Origin: Planctomycetota bacterium
GTDB taxonomy: Bacteria; Planctomycetota; UBA8108; SXIK01
DNA length: 64,000 nucleotides
Assembly (NCBI GenBank): GCA_965223265.1
Contig: OZ244999.1
Span: 2,080,001 to 2,144,000 of the forward strand
Direction: 5' to 3'
Shown here: positions 17,498 through 28,528 of the stretch, in pieces
Layout: the number at the start of each line of letters is the position of its first letter
Position numbering within the stretch: the first letter of the stretch is position 1
Made by a program: the position numbers and the translations under genes
The notes under the pieces: generated by a model
Database searches by the model: none
What the model saw: only the letters and a program-made list of their open reading frames with translations
What the model was told of the DNA's origin: nothing

Positions 17498-18730
17498 ATG
17501 CAGCTTTTCAACACGCTCAACGGCAAGAAGGAAGAATTCCGTCCCATCGGCGCCGGCCGGGTCGGTATGTACCACTGTGGACCGACGATCAAGGAGCCGC
17601 TCAACCTCAGTAAGTTTCGATCGTACCTGTTGGCGGATCTGCTGCGGCGTAAGTTTGAGTTCGACGGTTTTGAGGTGGTGCAGGTGATGAACATCACCGA
17701 CGTCGGCCACCTCAACGAGTTTGAAGAGGATGTCGTTGAGATTGCTGCAGCTCGCCGCGGCATGTACGCCTCGGAGTTGATCGAGCGGCAAGAGAAGATC
17801 TTTCACGAAGATCGGCGTGCGCTCCACATCCTCGACGCGCACCACTACCCGCACGCACGTGAACACATCGATGACATGGTCCACACGGTCCAGGAGCTGG
17901 AGAGCGCCGGACGCACCTACAAAGCTGACGGCAACCTTTATTTTGACGTGACATCGTCGAAGCTACTCGGGAAGCTCAGCGGCAAGAGCAGCACTGAGCT
18001 CACCACAGCCATCGAAGCGTCGAGGACAAAGCCGCATCCCGGCAAACGTCATGGGCTCGACATCGAACTGTGGCGGACCGACCTGGAGCACCAGCGACAC
18101 TGGAAAAGCCCATGGGGGCGCGGTTTTCCTGGTTGGCACGTCGAGTGTGTCGCCATGGGGAGAAAGTACCTTGGTCCACGCTTCGATATTCACACCGGGG
18201 CGCACGACAACGTCTTCCCACACCACGAGTGTGAGATCGCACAAGCGGAGGCGCTCAGCGGCGAGGTGTTCGCGAACTACTGGCTGCATTCGGCCGAAGT
18301 ACTCGTCGACGGACAGCCGATGAGTCTTGCCAACCGTAATGTCGTCACGATTCACGAGCTCCTCGAGGCTGGGTTCCGGGGCTCGGTGCTGCGTGTCGCA
18401 CTGCTCGGTATCGACTACCGCGAGACGCTTGACTTCGGCGACGAGCGGCTCGACGACGCCCGTGGTAAGGCCAACGCGGTCCTCGGATTCTACGAGTACC
18501 TCAAGGACGAGACCGCTGGAAAGAAAGACGGGGGCGGAGCTGTGGGGGAGTGGATTCAGGTCACCGAGGAGAAGTTTCAGCGCGCGCTCGACGACGATCT
18601 GAATTATCCTGCCGCGCTGCAGGCGGTCGTCGACGTCATCGACGAGCTTGAGCCCGAGGGCGTCGGCGATGCCGGCGCGGCGAAAGCCGCGATCGAGCGT
18701 TGGGACCGTGTGCTCGGAATTCTCGGTTAG
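17498..18730 (+). CDS. Cysteine--tRNA ligase-like paralog with degenerate ATP motifs and no anticodon-binding domain
   Basis: CysRS framework LFNTL..KKEEF.P, MYHCGPT, MNITDVGH, SPWG.GFPGWHVEC.AM, DIHTG..D..FPHHE.EIAQ, YWLH. HIGH position reads NLSK and KMSKS position reads PMSLA. Ends at WDRVLG. Confidence 0.85.
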   Translation: MQLFNTLNGKKEEFRPIGAGRVGMYHCGPTIKEPLNLSKFRSYLLADLLRRKFEFDGFEVVQVMNITDVGHLNEFEEDVVEIAAARRGMYASELIERQEKIFHEDRRALHILDAHHYPHAREHIDDMVHTVQELESAGRTYKADGNLYFDVTSSKLLGKLSGKSSTELTTAIEASRTKPHPGKRHGLDIELWRTDLEHQRHWKSPWGRGFPGWHVECVAMGRKYLGPRFDIHTGAHDNVFPHHECEIAQAEALSGEVFANYWLHSAEVLVDGQPMSLANRNVVTIHELLEAGFRGSVLRVALLGIDYRETLDFGDERLDDARGKANAVLGFYEYLKDETAGKKDGGGAVGEWIQVTEEKFQRALDDDLNYPAALQAVVDVIDELEPEGVGDAGAAKAAIERWDRVLGILG

Positions 18731-18850
18731 CCGCCTCACCGCTTGCGCGGGAGCTGAGTCTGAACTGCTTGCTCTTTTCTGAAACGGGCTTTGCAGTAAC
18801 CTCGCGTGCCGCGATGTCTCGAAACCTGAGACCGTGAAACTGCGAGCGAG

Positions 18851-19066
18851 TCAGACCTTCCTCGCCCGGCTCGCTTCCAGCTCGCATTCCCGTTTCTTCT
18901 CGGGGCAGTCGGCGCAGGCATCGCAAACCGGCTCGCCGTTCTCGTCAGTCCACGTGCTGAGCCCGCCGCACGAGCCGCGGATGCGTTTGCCCGCGAAGAT
19001 CACGCCGACCGACATGGCAAGGATGACGAGGAGGAAAACGATCAGCGTTGCTACGAAGGCTTTCAC
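18851..19066 (-). CDS. nqrM: Na(+)-NQR maturation factor NqrM
   Basis: One TM helix, AMSVGVIF, IRGSCGGL, then CDACADC; lies downstream of apbE. Confidence 0.88.
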   Translation of the reverse strand: MKAFVATLIVFLLVILAMSVGVIFAGKRIRGSCGGLSTWTDENGEPVCDACADCPEKKRECELEASRARKV

Positions 19067-19168
19067 ACGTCACCTCGGCCGGCTGCAGGGGCTGATTCGG
19101 CGCCGTAGGGTTTTTGGGAGCGAGTTCGGGGGATCTGTGTCACGGCGTTGTCCTCTCCGCGAATTCAA

Positions 19169-20296
19169 CTACGCTTCGGAAGCCCGCGGCACGGTGCGGT
19201 CGCGAAGACGGAGTCGCCAAATGACTCCGATCACGAGCACGCCGAGGATAACGTACCCCCACACGCTGCGGCTCTCTCGCGGGTGAAGCTGCTGCATGGC
19301 GGGCGTCTCCTTAACTTCCCAGCCGTCTGCGCCGCGCAGAATCATGAGCACGGGCCAGCCGCTCTCTACAGCAAGATCATAGCCCGAGTCGGGGCCCAAG
19401 ACCAGAAGGCCCGTGGCGAGTGCGTCGGCCTCCATGCACGACGGGCGGACCACCGATACCGACGCCAGAGCGTGCTCCACTGGGCGCCCGGTGCGCGGGT
19501 CGATGGTGTGTGAGTACCGCTTACCGTCGTGGACAAAGAATTTGCGGTAGTCACCGGAGGTCGCCATGGCCTCGCCCGCCAGAGCGACCCGCGCGTGCGC
19601 GCGCCGGAGGGATTCCGATGGCGTTTCGATCCCAGCGATCCACGGCGTGCCGGACGGCTTCGGCTTCCCGACGCGAACCTCGCCTCCGATGTCGACCCAG
19701 TAGCTCAGCCTGCCGATGGACTCGAGATACTCGCTGACGACGTCCACCGCGTAGCCCTTAGCGATCGCTGACAGGTCGATCGCCACGCCGGGCTCGCTCT
19801 TGCGCAGCGCGGGAGGCTGCAATCTCACATTGATCTTGTCGGCACCGATGCGCTCGACGAGTTTCGCGACCGCTTCGGGCGTCGGCGGCGTGTCGCGCGC
19901 CGGGTCAGGCCCGAAGCCCCAAAGATCCACCAGTGGGCGCACGGTGACGTCGAACGCTCCCGACGTCGAGCGGTGCACGGTGAGCGCCGCTTCGACGACC
20001 GTCGCAGTTGCTGGCGAGACACTGAACCAGTCGCTATCGTCGTGGGCCGCGAATCGCGACACATCGGAGTCGTCAATGTATGTCGACATGGCGCGGTTGA
20101 TCGCTTGCAGGCGTCGTTCGATTTCCTCGCCGATCTCCGGCGGCGGTGGAGCTCCGTCTCCGCGTGGGAGCTTGACGCTGTACGACGTTCCCATCGTCGC
20201 ACCGCGGAACTCCACGAGGGCGTCGCCGCGCTGCTCCGCGCAAGCGACGACCGCGACGACGCAGGCGACAAGACCTGTGATCGTGAGTCGGAGCAT
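19169..20296 (-). CDS. apbE: FAD:protein FMN transferase ApbE
   Basis: GATMGTSY, MSTY...SDVS, GAFDVTV.PL..LWGFG, DLSAIAKGYAVD, ATSGDYR, YSHTIDPRTG, ADALATG; lipobox-like VVAC. Confidence 0.95.
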   Translation of the reverse strand: MLRLTITGLVACVVAVVACAEQRGDALVEFRGATMGTSYSVKLPRGDGAPPPPEIGEEIERRLQAINRAMSTYIDDSDVSRFAAHDDSDWFSVSPATATVVEAALTVHRSTSGAFDVTVRPLVDLWGFGPDPARDTPPTPEAVAKLVERIGADKINVRLQPPALRKSEPGVAIDLSAIAKGYAVDVVSEYLESIGRLSYWVDIGGEVRVGKPKPSGTPWIAGIETPSESLRRAHARVALAGEAMATSGDYRKFFVHDGKRYSHTIDPRTGRPVEHALASVSVVRPSCMEADALATGLLVLGPDSGYDLAVESGWPVLMILRGADGWEVKETPAMQQLHPRESRSVWGYVILGVLVIGVIWRLRLRDRTVPRASEA

Positions 20297-20439
20297 CGAA
20301 GTACCGCTGTCCTATTTCTGGCTGCTGAAGGCACTCGCGAGGCGCACTCTTCGTCGATCGTGCAGGCGGACGACGAACGCCGGACTTCTGGCTGCGTCTT
20401 GGCTCTGAGTTCGATCGCTACGCAGGTGCCTGAGAGGGT

Positions 20440-21705
20440 CTACCCGAAGTCGTCGAAGAGGATGTTCTCCTGCTCGACCCCGAGGTCATCGAGCAGCTTG
20501 AAGCATGCTTTCAACATCATCGGTGGGCCGCAGAGATAGTACTCGCAGTCCTCAGGGCTCGGATGATCCTTCAGGTAGTTGTCGTAGAGCACCTGATGAA
20601 TGAAGCCGACATATCCGTCCCACTTGTCCTCGGGCAGCGGATCCGAAAGGGCGACGTTCCACGTGAAGTTGGGATGTGACGCCGCCAAGCTGTCGAAATC
20701 CTCTTCGTAGAACATTTCGCGCTTGCTGCGCGCTCCATACCAAAAGCTGATTTTCCGTTTTGAGTTGATCCGCTTCATCAAATCGAACAGATGGGAGCGC
20801 ATTGGCGCCATGCCTGCGCCACCACCGATGTAGATCATCTCGGCTTCTGTGTCCTTGGCGAAGAACTCACCAAACGGTCCCGAAATCGTCACCTCATCAC
20901 CGGGCTTGAGGTCGAAGATCCACGACGACATTTTGCCCGGCGGTAGCTCCTTGGCCGCTGGCGGCGGCGTGGCTACGCGGACGTTGAGCATGATGATCCC
21001 CTTCTCCTCCGGGTAGTTCGCCATGGAGTACGCGCGGGTCACCACTTCATCGACTTTGGACTCGAGCTTCCACAGGTCGTACTTGTCCCAATCGGCGCGG
21101 TATTCGTCTTCGATGTCGAACGACGAATACTTCAGGGCATGCGGCGGACATTCGATCTGGATGAAGCCACCGGCCCGAAAATCGACGTTCTCGCCAGGCG
21201 GCAACTCGAGAATCAGTTCTTTGATGAACGTCGCCACATTGTGATTCGACCGCACCTTGCATTGCCACTTCTTGACCTCGAAGACCTCCGCTGGCACCTC
21301 GATGCGCATGTCCGATTTTACCGCGACCTGGCACGATAGACGGACTCCCTCGGCTGCCTCGCGTTTGGTGATGTGGTCTCGCTCGGTCGGCAGAATGTCG
21401 CCTCCGCCTTCGAAAATCTTGACCTTGCACTGCGCGCACGTACCGCCGCCGCCGCAAGCCGATGAAACGAAAATCTTCTTGTCGGCAAGAGCGCCGAGGA
21501 GTTTGCCGCCGCACGGAACCGAAAGTGCATGCTCTTCGTCGTCGTTGACGACAACGCGGACGTTGCCGCTCGCGACCAGTCGCGACTTGGCGACGAGGAT
21601 AACAGCGACGAGCGCCAACACGACCGCCGTGAACATCGTGACGCCATAGAAAATGTGAAGTGCTGGCGCCGTTTCGGCGGCGGCGGCGAGAAGCAGAGAG
21701 CTCAT
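20440..21705 (-). CDS. nqrF: Na(+)-translocating NADH:quinone reductase subunit F
   Basis: [48 protein letters not shown]-terminal LFDDFG. Confidence 0.97.
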   Translation of the reverse strand: MSSLLLAAAAETAPALHIFYGVTMFTAVVLALVAVILVAKSRLVASGNVRVVVNDDEEHALSVPCGGKLLGALADKKIFVSSACGGGGTCAQCKVKIFEGGGDILPTERDHITKREAAEGVRLSCQVAVKSDMRIEVPAEVFEVKKWQCKVRSNHNVATFIKELILELPPGENVDFRAGGFIQIECPPHALKYSSFDIEDEYRADWDKYDLWKLESKVDEVVTRAYSMANYPEEKGIIMLNVRVATPPPAAKELPPGKMSSWIFDLKPGDEVTISGPFGEFFAKDTEAEMIYIGGGAGMAPMRSHLFDLMKRINSKRKISFWYGARSKREMFYEEDFDSLAASHPNFTWNVALSDPLPEDKWDGYVGFIHQVLYDNYLKDHPSPEDCEYYLCGPPMMLKACFKLLDDLGVEQENILFDDFG

Positions 21706-21720
21706 AAATCCACTCGAAGT

Positions 21721-22299
21721 CTACATTCCGGAGAAGGCCATGAATGCGAGGGCCATGAGGCCGACGATGATGAACGTGATTCCGAGCCCGCGAAGGCCGT
21801 GCGGTACATCGCTGTACTTGAGCTTTTCCCGAATGCCGGCGAGTGCGATGATCGCGATCGCCCAGCCAACGCCGGAGCCGACGCCGAAGATGACGCTCTG
21901 GCCGAAGGCGTAGTCGCGTTCGACCATGAACAGGGTACCGCCAAGAATTGCACAGTTGACCGTGATGAGCGGCAGGAAGATACCGAGCGCGTTGTAGAGC
22001 GCCGGGAAGAACCGGTCGAGAGTCATCTCGAGGATCTGTACCATCGCAGCGATCACACCGATATAGCTGATCAATCCTAAAAACGTCAAATCCAGGGGCT
22101 TCAGGAGGTGCTGAAAAATCAAGTTGTTGATCGGCACAGTGAGGCTCTGGATCACGATCACCGCAATGCCGAGACCGACAGCGGTGCTGACGCGCTTGGA
22201 AACCGCGATGAACGTGCACATGCCGAGAAAGAAAGCCAGCGCGAGATTCTCGACGAACACGGACTTGACGAAAAGACTGGCGGATTCTCCGAGCATCAC
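21721..22299 (-). CDS. nqrE: Na(+)-NQR subunit E
   Basis: [50 protein letters not shown]. Confidence 0.96.
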   Translation of the reverse strand: MMLGESASLFVKSVFVENLALAFFLGMCTFIAVSKRVSTAVGLGIAVIVIQSLTVPINNLIFQHLLKPLDLTFLGLISYIGVIAAMVQILEMTLDRFFPALYNALGIFLPLITVNCAILGGTLFMVERDYAFGQSVIFGVGSGVGWAIAIIALAGIREKLKYSDVPHGLRGLGITFIIVGLMALAFMAFSGM

Positions 22300-22922
22300 T
22301 CAGCCTCGATTTGATCTGTTTTCCAGGTGCGAAGCGCCCAGATCATGAACCCGATGATGAAGAACGCGCTCGGCGGCAGAAGGAGCAGGCCATTGGGGAC
22401 GTACCAGCCGCCTTCAGTGCTGAGCTTGAAAATCTCATAGCCGTAGAGTTTGCCGGAGCCAAAGAGCTCCCGCGTGAATCCGACCCCAAGAAGGATGATG
22501 CTGTACCCGATGCCGTTACCGACACCATCGAGAAAGCTCGTCTTGACGTCGTTTTGCATCGCGAAACCTTCGGCGCGACCCATGACGATGCAGTTCGTGA
22601 TGATCAGACCGACGAAGACGCTCATCTCTTTACTCGTTTCGTAGTTGAACGCCTTCAAGAACTCGTCGACGACCATGACGAGCGTCGCGATGATCGTCAT
22701 TTGGCAGATGATGCGGATCGAGCTTGGGATGTGATTGCGGATGAGACTCACAGCAGCATTCGCGAACGCCACCACGAAGATCACTGCTATGCACATGGTC
22801 ACGGTAGGCTGCATCTTCGTCGTCACGGCGAGCGCCGAACAGATGCCAAGGCACTGCTTTGCGATGGGGTTATCACCGAAGACCGGGTTGAGGAGTGCCT
22901 CTTTGGCTTTGGTCTTTGCCAT
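22296..22922 (-). CDS. nqrD: Na(+)-NQR subunit D
   Basis: [49 protein letters not shown]; ATG 22922. Confidence 0.96.
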   Translation of the reverse strand: MAKTKAKEALLNPVFGDNPIAKQCLGICSALAVTTKMQPTVTMCIAVIFVVAFANAAVSLIRNHIPSSIRIICQMTIIATLVMVVDEFLKAFNYETSKEMSVFVGLIITNCIVMGRAEGFAMQNDVKTSFLDGVGNGIGYSIILLGVGFTRELFGSGKLYGYEIFKLSTEGGWYVPNGLLLLPPSAFFIIGFMIWALRTWKTDQIEAE

Positions 22923-22927
22923 TGGAG

Positions 22928-23725
22928 TCAACCTCGCTGCTCTTGTCTGAATTTCTTGAGGAAGTGGCCATAGCCATGATCCCCAAGCCAAAAGCGGATC
23001 AAGTTCGTGACGCCTCGCGACGTGATGGTCGCCCCCGACAGGCCGTCAACTTTGAAGCGGGCAGCGGGGTCGTCCGCTGGGACCCTTCCTTTCAGCACTT
23101 CCACTCGAACTGAGCCCAGGTCGTCCGGGTCGAAAGCGAGCTTGCCGCGCCACTGTTGTTTCCAGTTCTTGTTCTCGACTTCGCCGCCGAGACCCGGGGT
23201 TTCGCCATGCTTGTAGAACGTTAGTCCCTTGATCTCATTGCCATCCTGAGCCAAGGCGACGAACCCGTAGAGCGTTGACCACAGACCGTAGCCTCGCACC
23301 GGCAGCACGAGGAAGTCGCCGGTCGGATCCTGGAAACGGTAAACAACACCGTACTTTGCGCGGCGCTGAACCCGAGCGATGTCGACATCCGACGGGAGCT
23401 TCTGCTCCTGCTTGGCGGCTTCATCTTGATCGTATTCGTCGGCCGTAGCGATGTTCAGTTGACTGGGGCTGACGTAGTCACCGGTGGCGAAGTCGACGAT
23501 TTGAGTCTCGACGCGCTCAAAGGCCGATTCGATCTCCTCGCGCGACGGAGCGCCGTCGTCCGCGATCGCGCCCGCGGCGATCAATATGTTCTTTCTCTTG
23601 TCGAGTTCGCGGTTGGCTTCTTGTCGGCCGCGCAGCAGCACTGCCGATGTCGACACAAAGACCGAGCAAACGGCGCAGAGGAGGAATGCGACCAGGAATG
23701 TTTTGAGAATCGAGTCGTTCTGCAT
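22928..23725 (-). CDS. nqrC: Na(+)-NQR subunit C
   Basis: [33 protein letters not shown] site [11 protein letters not shown]; ATG 23725. Confidence 0.96.
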   Translation of the reverse strand: MQNDSILKTFLVAFLLCAVCSVFVSTSAVLLRGRQEANRELDKRKNILIAAGAIADDGAPSREEIESAFERVETQIVDFATGDYVSPSQLNIATADEYDQDEAAKQEQKLPSDVDIARVQRRAKYGVVYRFQDPTGDFLVLPVRGYGLWSTLYGFVALAQDGNEIKGLTFYKHGETPGLGGEVENKNWKQQWRGKLAFDPDDLGSVRVEVLKGRVPADDPAARFKVDGLSGATITSRGVTNLIRFWLGDHGYGHFLKKFRQEQRG

Positions 23726-23834
23726 GGCGATCGCCTTGGCAGCACAGACAGGCGCGCGACGCAAACCGTCGCTGCAGGCCCTGCTGCTCTATCTATATGT
23801 CGCTCTCAACGTGCTGAGTGTCTCTTCTTCGGCG

Positions 23835-25079
23835 TTACCCATCGTCACGGCCGTCAGTACTGCCGCCTTGTGGTCGTGTACGAGCGAGTCGTCTCTTGAT
23901 GTTAGCTTGAAGAACGTAATGGTCCATCACCGGCGCGAAGACATTCCCGAAAAGGATCGCCAGCATGATGCCTTCCGGAAAAGCCGGATTGACGACCCGG
24001 ATGAGAATCGTCATGGCACCGATGAGCAGACCGTAGAGCCACTTGCCGACGTTTGTCATGGCGGCGGAAACCGGATCGGTGGCCATGAAAACCGTGCCGA
24101 ACGCGAATCCACCCACGACGAGGTGCCAGTGCGGTGCCATTTGGAACATCGGATTGGCACTGTCGGAGCCGAGGGCGTAAAACGCCGACGACAACGCGAG
24201 CGCGCCGATCACGACGCTTGCCATGATGCGCCACGAGCCGACGCCCGTGCCGATGAGCACGACAGCACCGATCAAACAAGCGAGCGCTGAGGTCTCTCCC
24301 ATCGAACCCTGGACGGTGCCGAGGAACATGTCCATCCACGTCTCATGGACGGCCTCCATGCCGCCGGCGGCCGCGGCGCCGAGCGGTGTGGCGCGGCTGA
24401 AGCCGTCGGCTGCAGTCCATACGGTGTCGCCGGAGATTTGTGCCGGGTACGCGAAGTAGAGGAATGCGCGCGCCGTGAGCGCGGGGTTGAGGAAGTTGCG
24501 CCCCGTGCCACCGAAGACCTCTTTACCGAGGACAACGCCGAACGAGATGCCGATGGCGACTTGCCACAAAGGTATGGTCGGCGGCAGCGTCAAAGGAAAG
24601 AGCATGCCAGTGACAAGGAACCCCTCGTTGATTTCATGCTTGCGGACGATCGCGAACAAGGCTTCCCAGAAACCTCCCACGACGTTGCAGACGATAAACA
24701 CTGGCAGGAAGTACAGTGCCCCGTGGACGAGGTTCGCGACGATACTTTGAGGATCATATCCCACGCCCAGCATGTCGATGATGGTGCCTCGCCACCCTGC
24801 TGCGGCAGCCGCTTCCGAGACACCCGCTAGCGCCAAGTTTGCCTGGTAGCCCGTGTTGACGAACGCCATCAGAATGCACGGCACGAGCGCTGCGACCACG
24901 GTGATCATCATGCGCTTGAGGTCCATGGCATCGCGCACGTGGGCAGCGCCCTTCGTCGTCTCCCCCGGCGTGTAGAGAAACGTGTCGAGCATCTCGTACG
25001 CCGGATAGAGCTTGGCAAGCTTGCCACCGTCCACGAAGAGAGGGTGGAGTTTATCGAGAAACTTTCTCAGTGGCTTCAT
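23835..25079 (-). CDS. nqrB: Na(+)-NQR subunit B
   Basis: [39 protein letters not shown] site [27 protein letters not shown]. Confidence 0.97.
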   Translation of the reverse strand: MKPLRKFLDKLHPLFVDGGKLAKLYPAYEMLDTFLYTPGETTKGAAHVRDAMDLKRMMITVVAALVPCILMAFVNTGYQANLALAGVSEAAAAAGWRGTIIDMLGVGYDPQSIVANLVHGALYFLPVFIVCNVVGGFWEALFAIVRKHEINEGFLVTGMLFPLTLPPTIPLWQVAIGISFGVVLGKEVFGGTGRNFLNPALTARAFLYFAYPAQISGDTVWTAADGFSRATPLGAAAAGGMEAVHETWMDMFLGTVQGSMGETSALACLIGAVVLIGTGVGSWRIMASVVIGALALSSAFYALGSDSANPMFQMAPHWHLVVGGFAFGTVFMATDPVSAAMTNVGKWLYGLLIGAMTILIRVVNPAFPEGIMLAILFGNVFAPVMDHYVLQANIKRRLARTRPQGGSTDGRDDG

Positions 25080-25082
25080 CGA

Positions 25083-26465
25083 CTACCCATCCCTCTCAAT
25101 GATCGTGAGGTTTTCGCGCAGAATGGGGCCGTACTCTTCCTTGCCTGGGCAGACAAATGAACACAGGCCGAGATCTTCTTCATCCAGCTCGAGGCAGCCG
25201 AGGGCTTGTGCCTGGTCTGTGTCTTTGACGAGTAGCGCGCGAAGGAGAAACGTCGGTTCCATGTCGAGCGGTACGACCTTTTCATAACTTCCGACGGGGA
25301 CCATCGCACGGCGGCTGCCGCCCGTAGACGTCGAGAACGCAAACTTCTTACCGCTCGTGAGGCTCGAGAGAAAGACTCTCTTGACGGAAAACTTGTCGAA
25401 GCCCGGGCTTTGCCAGCCAAGAAACTCGCGTTTATTTCCTTCCTCGACGGCGGAGACTTGGAGGTGGTATCGCCCCAGGAAGCGAAGCGTACCAGCGGCG
25501 CGGCGGCCCGAGAGCACTGACCCTGAGATGACTCGGATGTCGCCGTCCTCCAGTTCGTCCGCCATCAGTTGCGCCAAGTCCGCTCCGAGGCGTGTGCGCA
25601 CCAGCCGCGGGTTCTTGACCTTCGGGCCAGAGAGTGCGATGGTTCGGTCGGGAGCTACGCGACCCGTCGCAAAGAGTTTTCCGATGGCGACGACATCCTG
25701 ATAGCCGATATGCCAAACCGTCTTTTTGGGGCCGACGGGGTCGAGGAAGTGAACGTGCGTGCCGACGAGGCCGGCCGGATGAGGCCCGTCGAACTCGACT
25801 TCTTCGACTTGCCCGGGTGGGTTTGCACCGACGAGGCTCGCGCCCGGCCGACGACATACGAAGACGCGGCAGGCGCTCAAGGCGGCGACGGCGACCAAAC
25901 CGCGCTGGAATTCCTCTAGTGACGAGGCCAGCACGACCTCGGGGTCCGCAGCCAGTGGGTTGGTGTCGATGGCCGTAACAAAGATCGAGTGAGGCTCGGC
26001 GTCAGGAGCCGGGACCTTGCTGTAAGGGCGAGCGCGTAGAGCCGTCCACATCCCAGACTCAACGAGCGTGCTTCGAATCTCTTGGCTCGATTGTTCCTCG
26101 ACCGGCTTCGCCGTTGCCTTTTCGAACGTCACGGCCGGCTCATCATCGCCGACGCCTGGGTTGTCTAGTTCAATTTCGACGGAATCGAGAGCTCGCTTTT
26201 CGCCTCTGTGGATGGCGGTGACTTTGCCTGCAGCCGGCGACGTGTAGCGCACGCCGGGGGTCTTCTTGCAGCTAAAAACGGGGTCGCCGAGCTTGACTTG
26301 ATCGCCGACCTTGACGTGCATCGTCGGTCGCATTCCCACATAGTCGGGTCCCACGAGAGCGACCGACGCGACCGACACGGGCGCAGGCGAGGTCGTCTGC
26401 TCGGGTGTCCCCTGAATCGGCAGATCGAGTCCTTTGTTGATTTGAATCTTCTTCGCTGCTGCCAC
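25083..26465 (-). CDS. nqrA: Na(+)-NQR subunit A
   Basis: [61 protein letters not shown]. Start uncertain (GTG 26465; ORF extends to 26567). Confidence 0.95.
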   Translation of the reverse strand: MAAAKKIQINKGLDLPIQGTPEQTTSPAPVSVASVALVGPDYVGMRPTMHVKVGDQVKLGDPVFSCKKTPGVRYTSPAAGKVTAIHRGEKRALDSVEIELDNPGVGDDEPAVTFEKATAKPVEEQSSQEIRSTLVESGMWTALRARPYSKVPAPDAEPHSIFVTAIDTNPLAADPEVVLASSLEEFQRGLVAVAALSACRVFVCRRPGASLVGANPPGQVEEVEFDGPHPAGLVGTHVHFLDPVGPKKTVWHIGYQDVVAIGKLFATGRVAPDRTIALSGPKVKNPRLVRTRLGADLAQLMADELEDGDIRVISGSVLSGRRAAGTLRFLGRYHLQVSAVEEGNKREFLGWQSPGFDKFSVKRVFLSSLTSGKKFAFSTSTGGSRRAMVPVGSYEKVVPLDMEPTFLLRALLVKDTDQAQALGCLELDEEDLGLCSFVCPGKEEYGPILRENLTIIERDG

Positions 26466-26980
26466 GTGTTCGCTCGAAATCACTCTGGTTTTGGCCGCTG
26501 CAAATGCCGGCGCTTCTGGCGCGGATTGCTCGAAAAAGGCGCTTCGGACGGGACTTCGAAGCGGCAACAGCCTGCTCGGTCGGAACTCAGATTCACAGCA
26601 GATGCCATGCGACGCGCGCTATCCATGAGGTCGGCTTTTCTGCATCGGCGTCGGCGGGGTCACGACCTGAGGGGGCGGGCTGGTTGCGGCGACGGGATTC
26701 TTGCAGTTCTTCCGATAACGGGGGGTGCTCACTTTACCAGCGAGCCAGTCGTTTTCGGGTTTTCCCGTCGAAGTCAGTCGTTCTCTCAGGGGGTCTTGCC
26801 GCGCCGGCGGCGCCGCGAAAAAGCACCAGGGCGGCCAAACGCGCGCCTTCTCGGCTTCTCCACCGCTTTTCCGAAAGCCACGTAGGATAGAGACTTCGGC
26901 ATCCAAACTCCAGAAGAATCGGGCGTAGAAAAGTCGTCCGGCTGGGAGGCGACTAGCCCCGACTTCGGCCGTACTTTTCC

Positions 26981-27050
26981 TTGCGCGTTAGCGGGGCTGG
27001 ACGTACAATAACACCATTCTTGCTGTATAATCTTTATATAATCTATAAAT
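26981..27050 (+). promoter_or_regulatory. Sigma70-type promoter and AT-rich tract for the RHH-nadA unit
   Basis: TTGCGC-N17-TACAAT (26981-27009), followed by TATAATCTTTATATAATCTATAAATAA, a strikingly AT-rich patch in this GC-rich window. Confidence 0.6.
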
Positions 27051-27129
27051 AACCGGTCGTTGCCACCTTCGCTGATGACAGTCGCCTGATGACATCGGCG
27101 TCTGACGGCAACTCTCCTCTCAGGCATCA

Positions 27130-27342
27130 ATGTCGAAATCGTCCAAAAAACTTGTGCGCACGTTCACCGCGACACCGCGCGACCTTCACATGCTCGAAGC
27201 GTTAGCGCGCTACCACGGCTTTTCGAAGAGTGCGACGATCACCAATCTGATCAAGAAGGAGTTTTGGCGCGTCTTTCCGAGCGGTACGGAGGCTGTTCCT
27301 CCGGACCCTGGCGCTCGGATCGAGCCGCAGGAGTCGTCATGA
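27130..27342 (+). CDS. Small putative ribbon-helix-helix DNA-binding protein
   Basis: 70 aa: beta-like VRTFTAT, helix PRDLHMLEALARYHG, turn, helix SKSATITNLIKKEF, matching the CopG/MetJ pattern. ATGA overlap with nadA. Confidence 0.65.
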   Translation: MSKSSKKLVRTFTATPRDLHMLEALARYHGFSKSATITNLIKKEFWRVFPSGTEAVPPDPGARIEPQESS

Positions 27343-28388
27343 GTATCGCCAAAGCATCGTCTGCAACCGCTGCGAACCGCGGGCCGCGCGACACGGCGCT
27401 CTTGGAGAGTTTCGCCGCGCCGCCGGCTTGGAAGCTGGAAGACGACGCGTTGCCTGAGGTGCGTCGTCTGCAGGAGGAAATCCGTGCGCTCGCATCGGAG
27501 AAGCGCGCTATCATTCTCGCCCATAACTATCAGCTCCCTCAGGTGCAGGACATCGCCGACTATTTGGGTGATTCACTCGGTCTGGCGATGGAAGCCCAGA
27601 AGACGGGTGCCGAAAGGATCGTGTTCTGCGGCGTGCACTTTATGGCGGAGTCGGCCAAGATTCTCAATCCCGACAAGAAGGTGTTGCTCCCGAATCTGTC
27701 CGCCGGCTGTTCGCTAGCTGACTCGATCAGCGCTGAGTCGCTGGAGGAGTGGAAGGAGCGTTACCCAGGGTACGCCGTCGTCACGTACATCAACAGCACC
27801 GCCGAAGTGAAGGCGCTGTCCGACGTTTGTTGCACATCGGCCAACGCGGTGAGTGTCGTGCGGCAGTTTCCGTCTGATCGCATTCTCTTCACGCCTGACC
27901 GTAATCTTGGCGAGTGGGTCAAGCGTCAAGTGCCTGAGAAGGAAATCGTCATCTATGACGGAGCGTGTCCGACGCACGACGTTCTTCGCGGCGCCAGTCT
28001 CGATAAGGAGCGTCAAGGCCATCCAGAGGCCATCGTGATTGCTCACCCGGAGTGTCGAGAGGACGTTTTGCAGCTCGCCGACGAAATCTGCTCGACGAGT
28101 GGCATGGTCGATGCCGTGGCGCGGCATCCAAACACGAAGACGTTCATCGTCGCGACCGAATGGTCGATCGTTTATCGGCTCCAAAAACTCTACCCGGATC
28201 GGGAGTTCGTGGTTGCTGATGGCTGCATCGGCTGCCGCCTCCACTGCCCATACATGAAGATGATCGACCTGCCCGCGATCAAACGCTCGCTGGTGAGAGA
28301 CGTCGTGGAAATCGACGTTGAGGCGGACGTCATGGAGGGCGCGAGACGCAGCCTTGAGCGCATGTTGGCGATCCCGCGTGATCATTGA
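27339..28388 (+). CDS. nadA: Quinolinate synthase
   Basis: ILAHNYQ, GDSL, FCGVHFMAESAK, AGCSLAD, YINS, CTSANA, PD.NLG, CPTH, AHPEC, STSGM, CPYMK. Confidence 0.97.
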   Translation: MSIAKASSATAANRGPRDTALLESFAAPPAWKLEDDALPEVRRLQEEIRALASEKRAIILAHNYQLPQVQDIADYLGDSLGLAMEAQKTGAERIVFCGVHFMAESAKILNPDKKVLLPNLSAGCSLADSISAESLEEWKERYPGYAVVTYINSTAEVKALSDVCCTSANAVSVVRQFPSDRILFTPDRNLGEWVKRQVPEKEIVIYDGACPTHDVLRGASLDKERQGHPEAIVIAHPECREDVLQLADEICSTSGMVDAVARHPNTKTFIVATEWSIVYRLQKLYPDREFVVADGCIGCRLHCPYMKMIDLPAIKRSLVRDVVEIDVEADVMEGARRSLERMLAIPRDH

Positions 28389-28528
28389 GCGGGCCGGACA
28401 GCCCCGGATGAGTGGCGCGCACGACGCGAGGCGGTCGTTTGCGTCGGGCCAGACTGGACGACAGGACCCCTAGGAAAAGCTAAGACGACGCCGCCGCTGG
28501 TCGCGCCGCGTTGGGAGAGGTGTCAAGG

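Noticed and set aside
17498-18730. Calling this gene cysS or mshC
   Set aside because: Both enzymes need HIGH and KMSKS, which are replaced here, so no symbol was assigned.
27072-27140. Hammerhead ribozyme (CTGATGA...GAAA), or fluoride/glycine riboswitch fragments (GCTGATGAC, CTCTCAGG)
   Set aside because: Stem II cannot close correctly (C opposite C next to the core), and the other conserved elements of these RNAs are missing.
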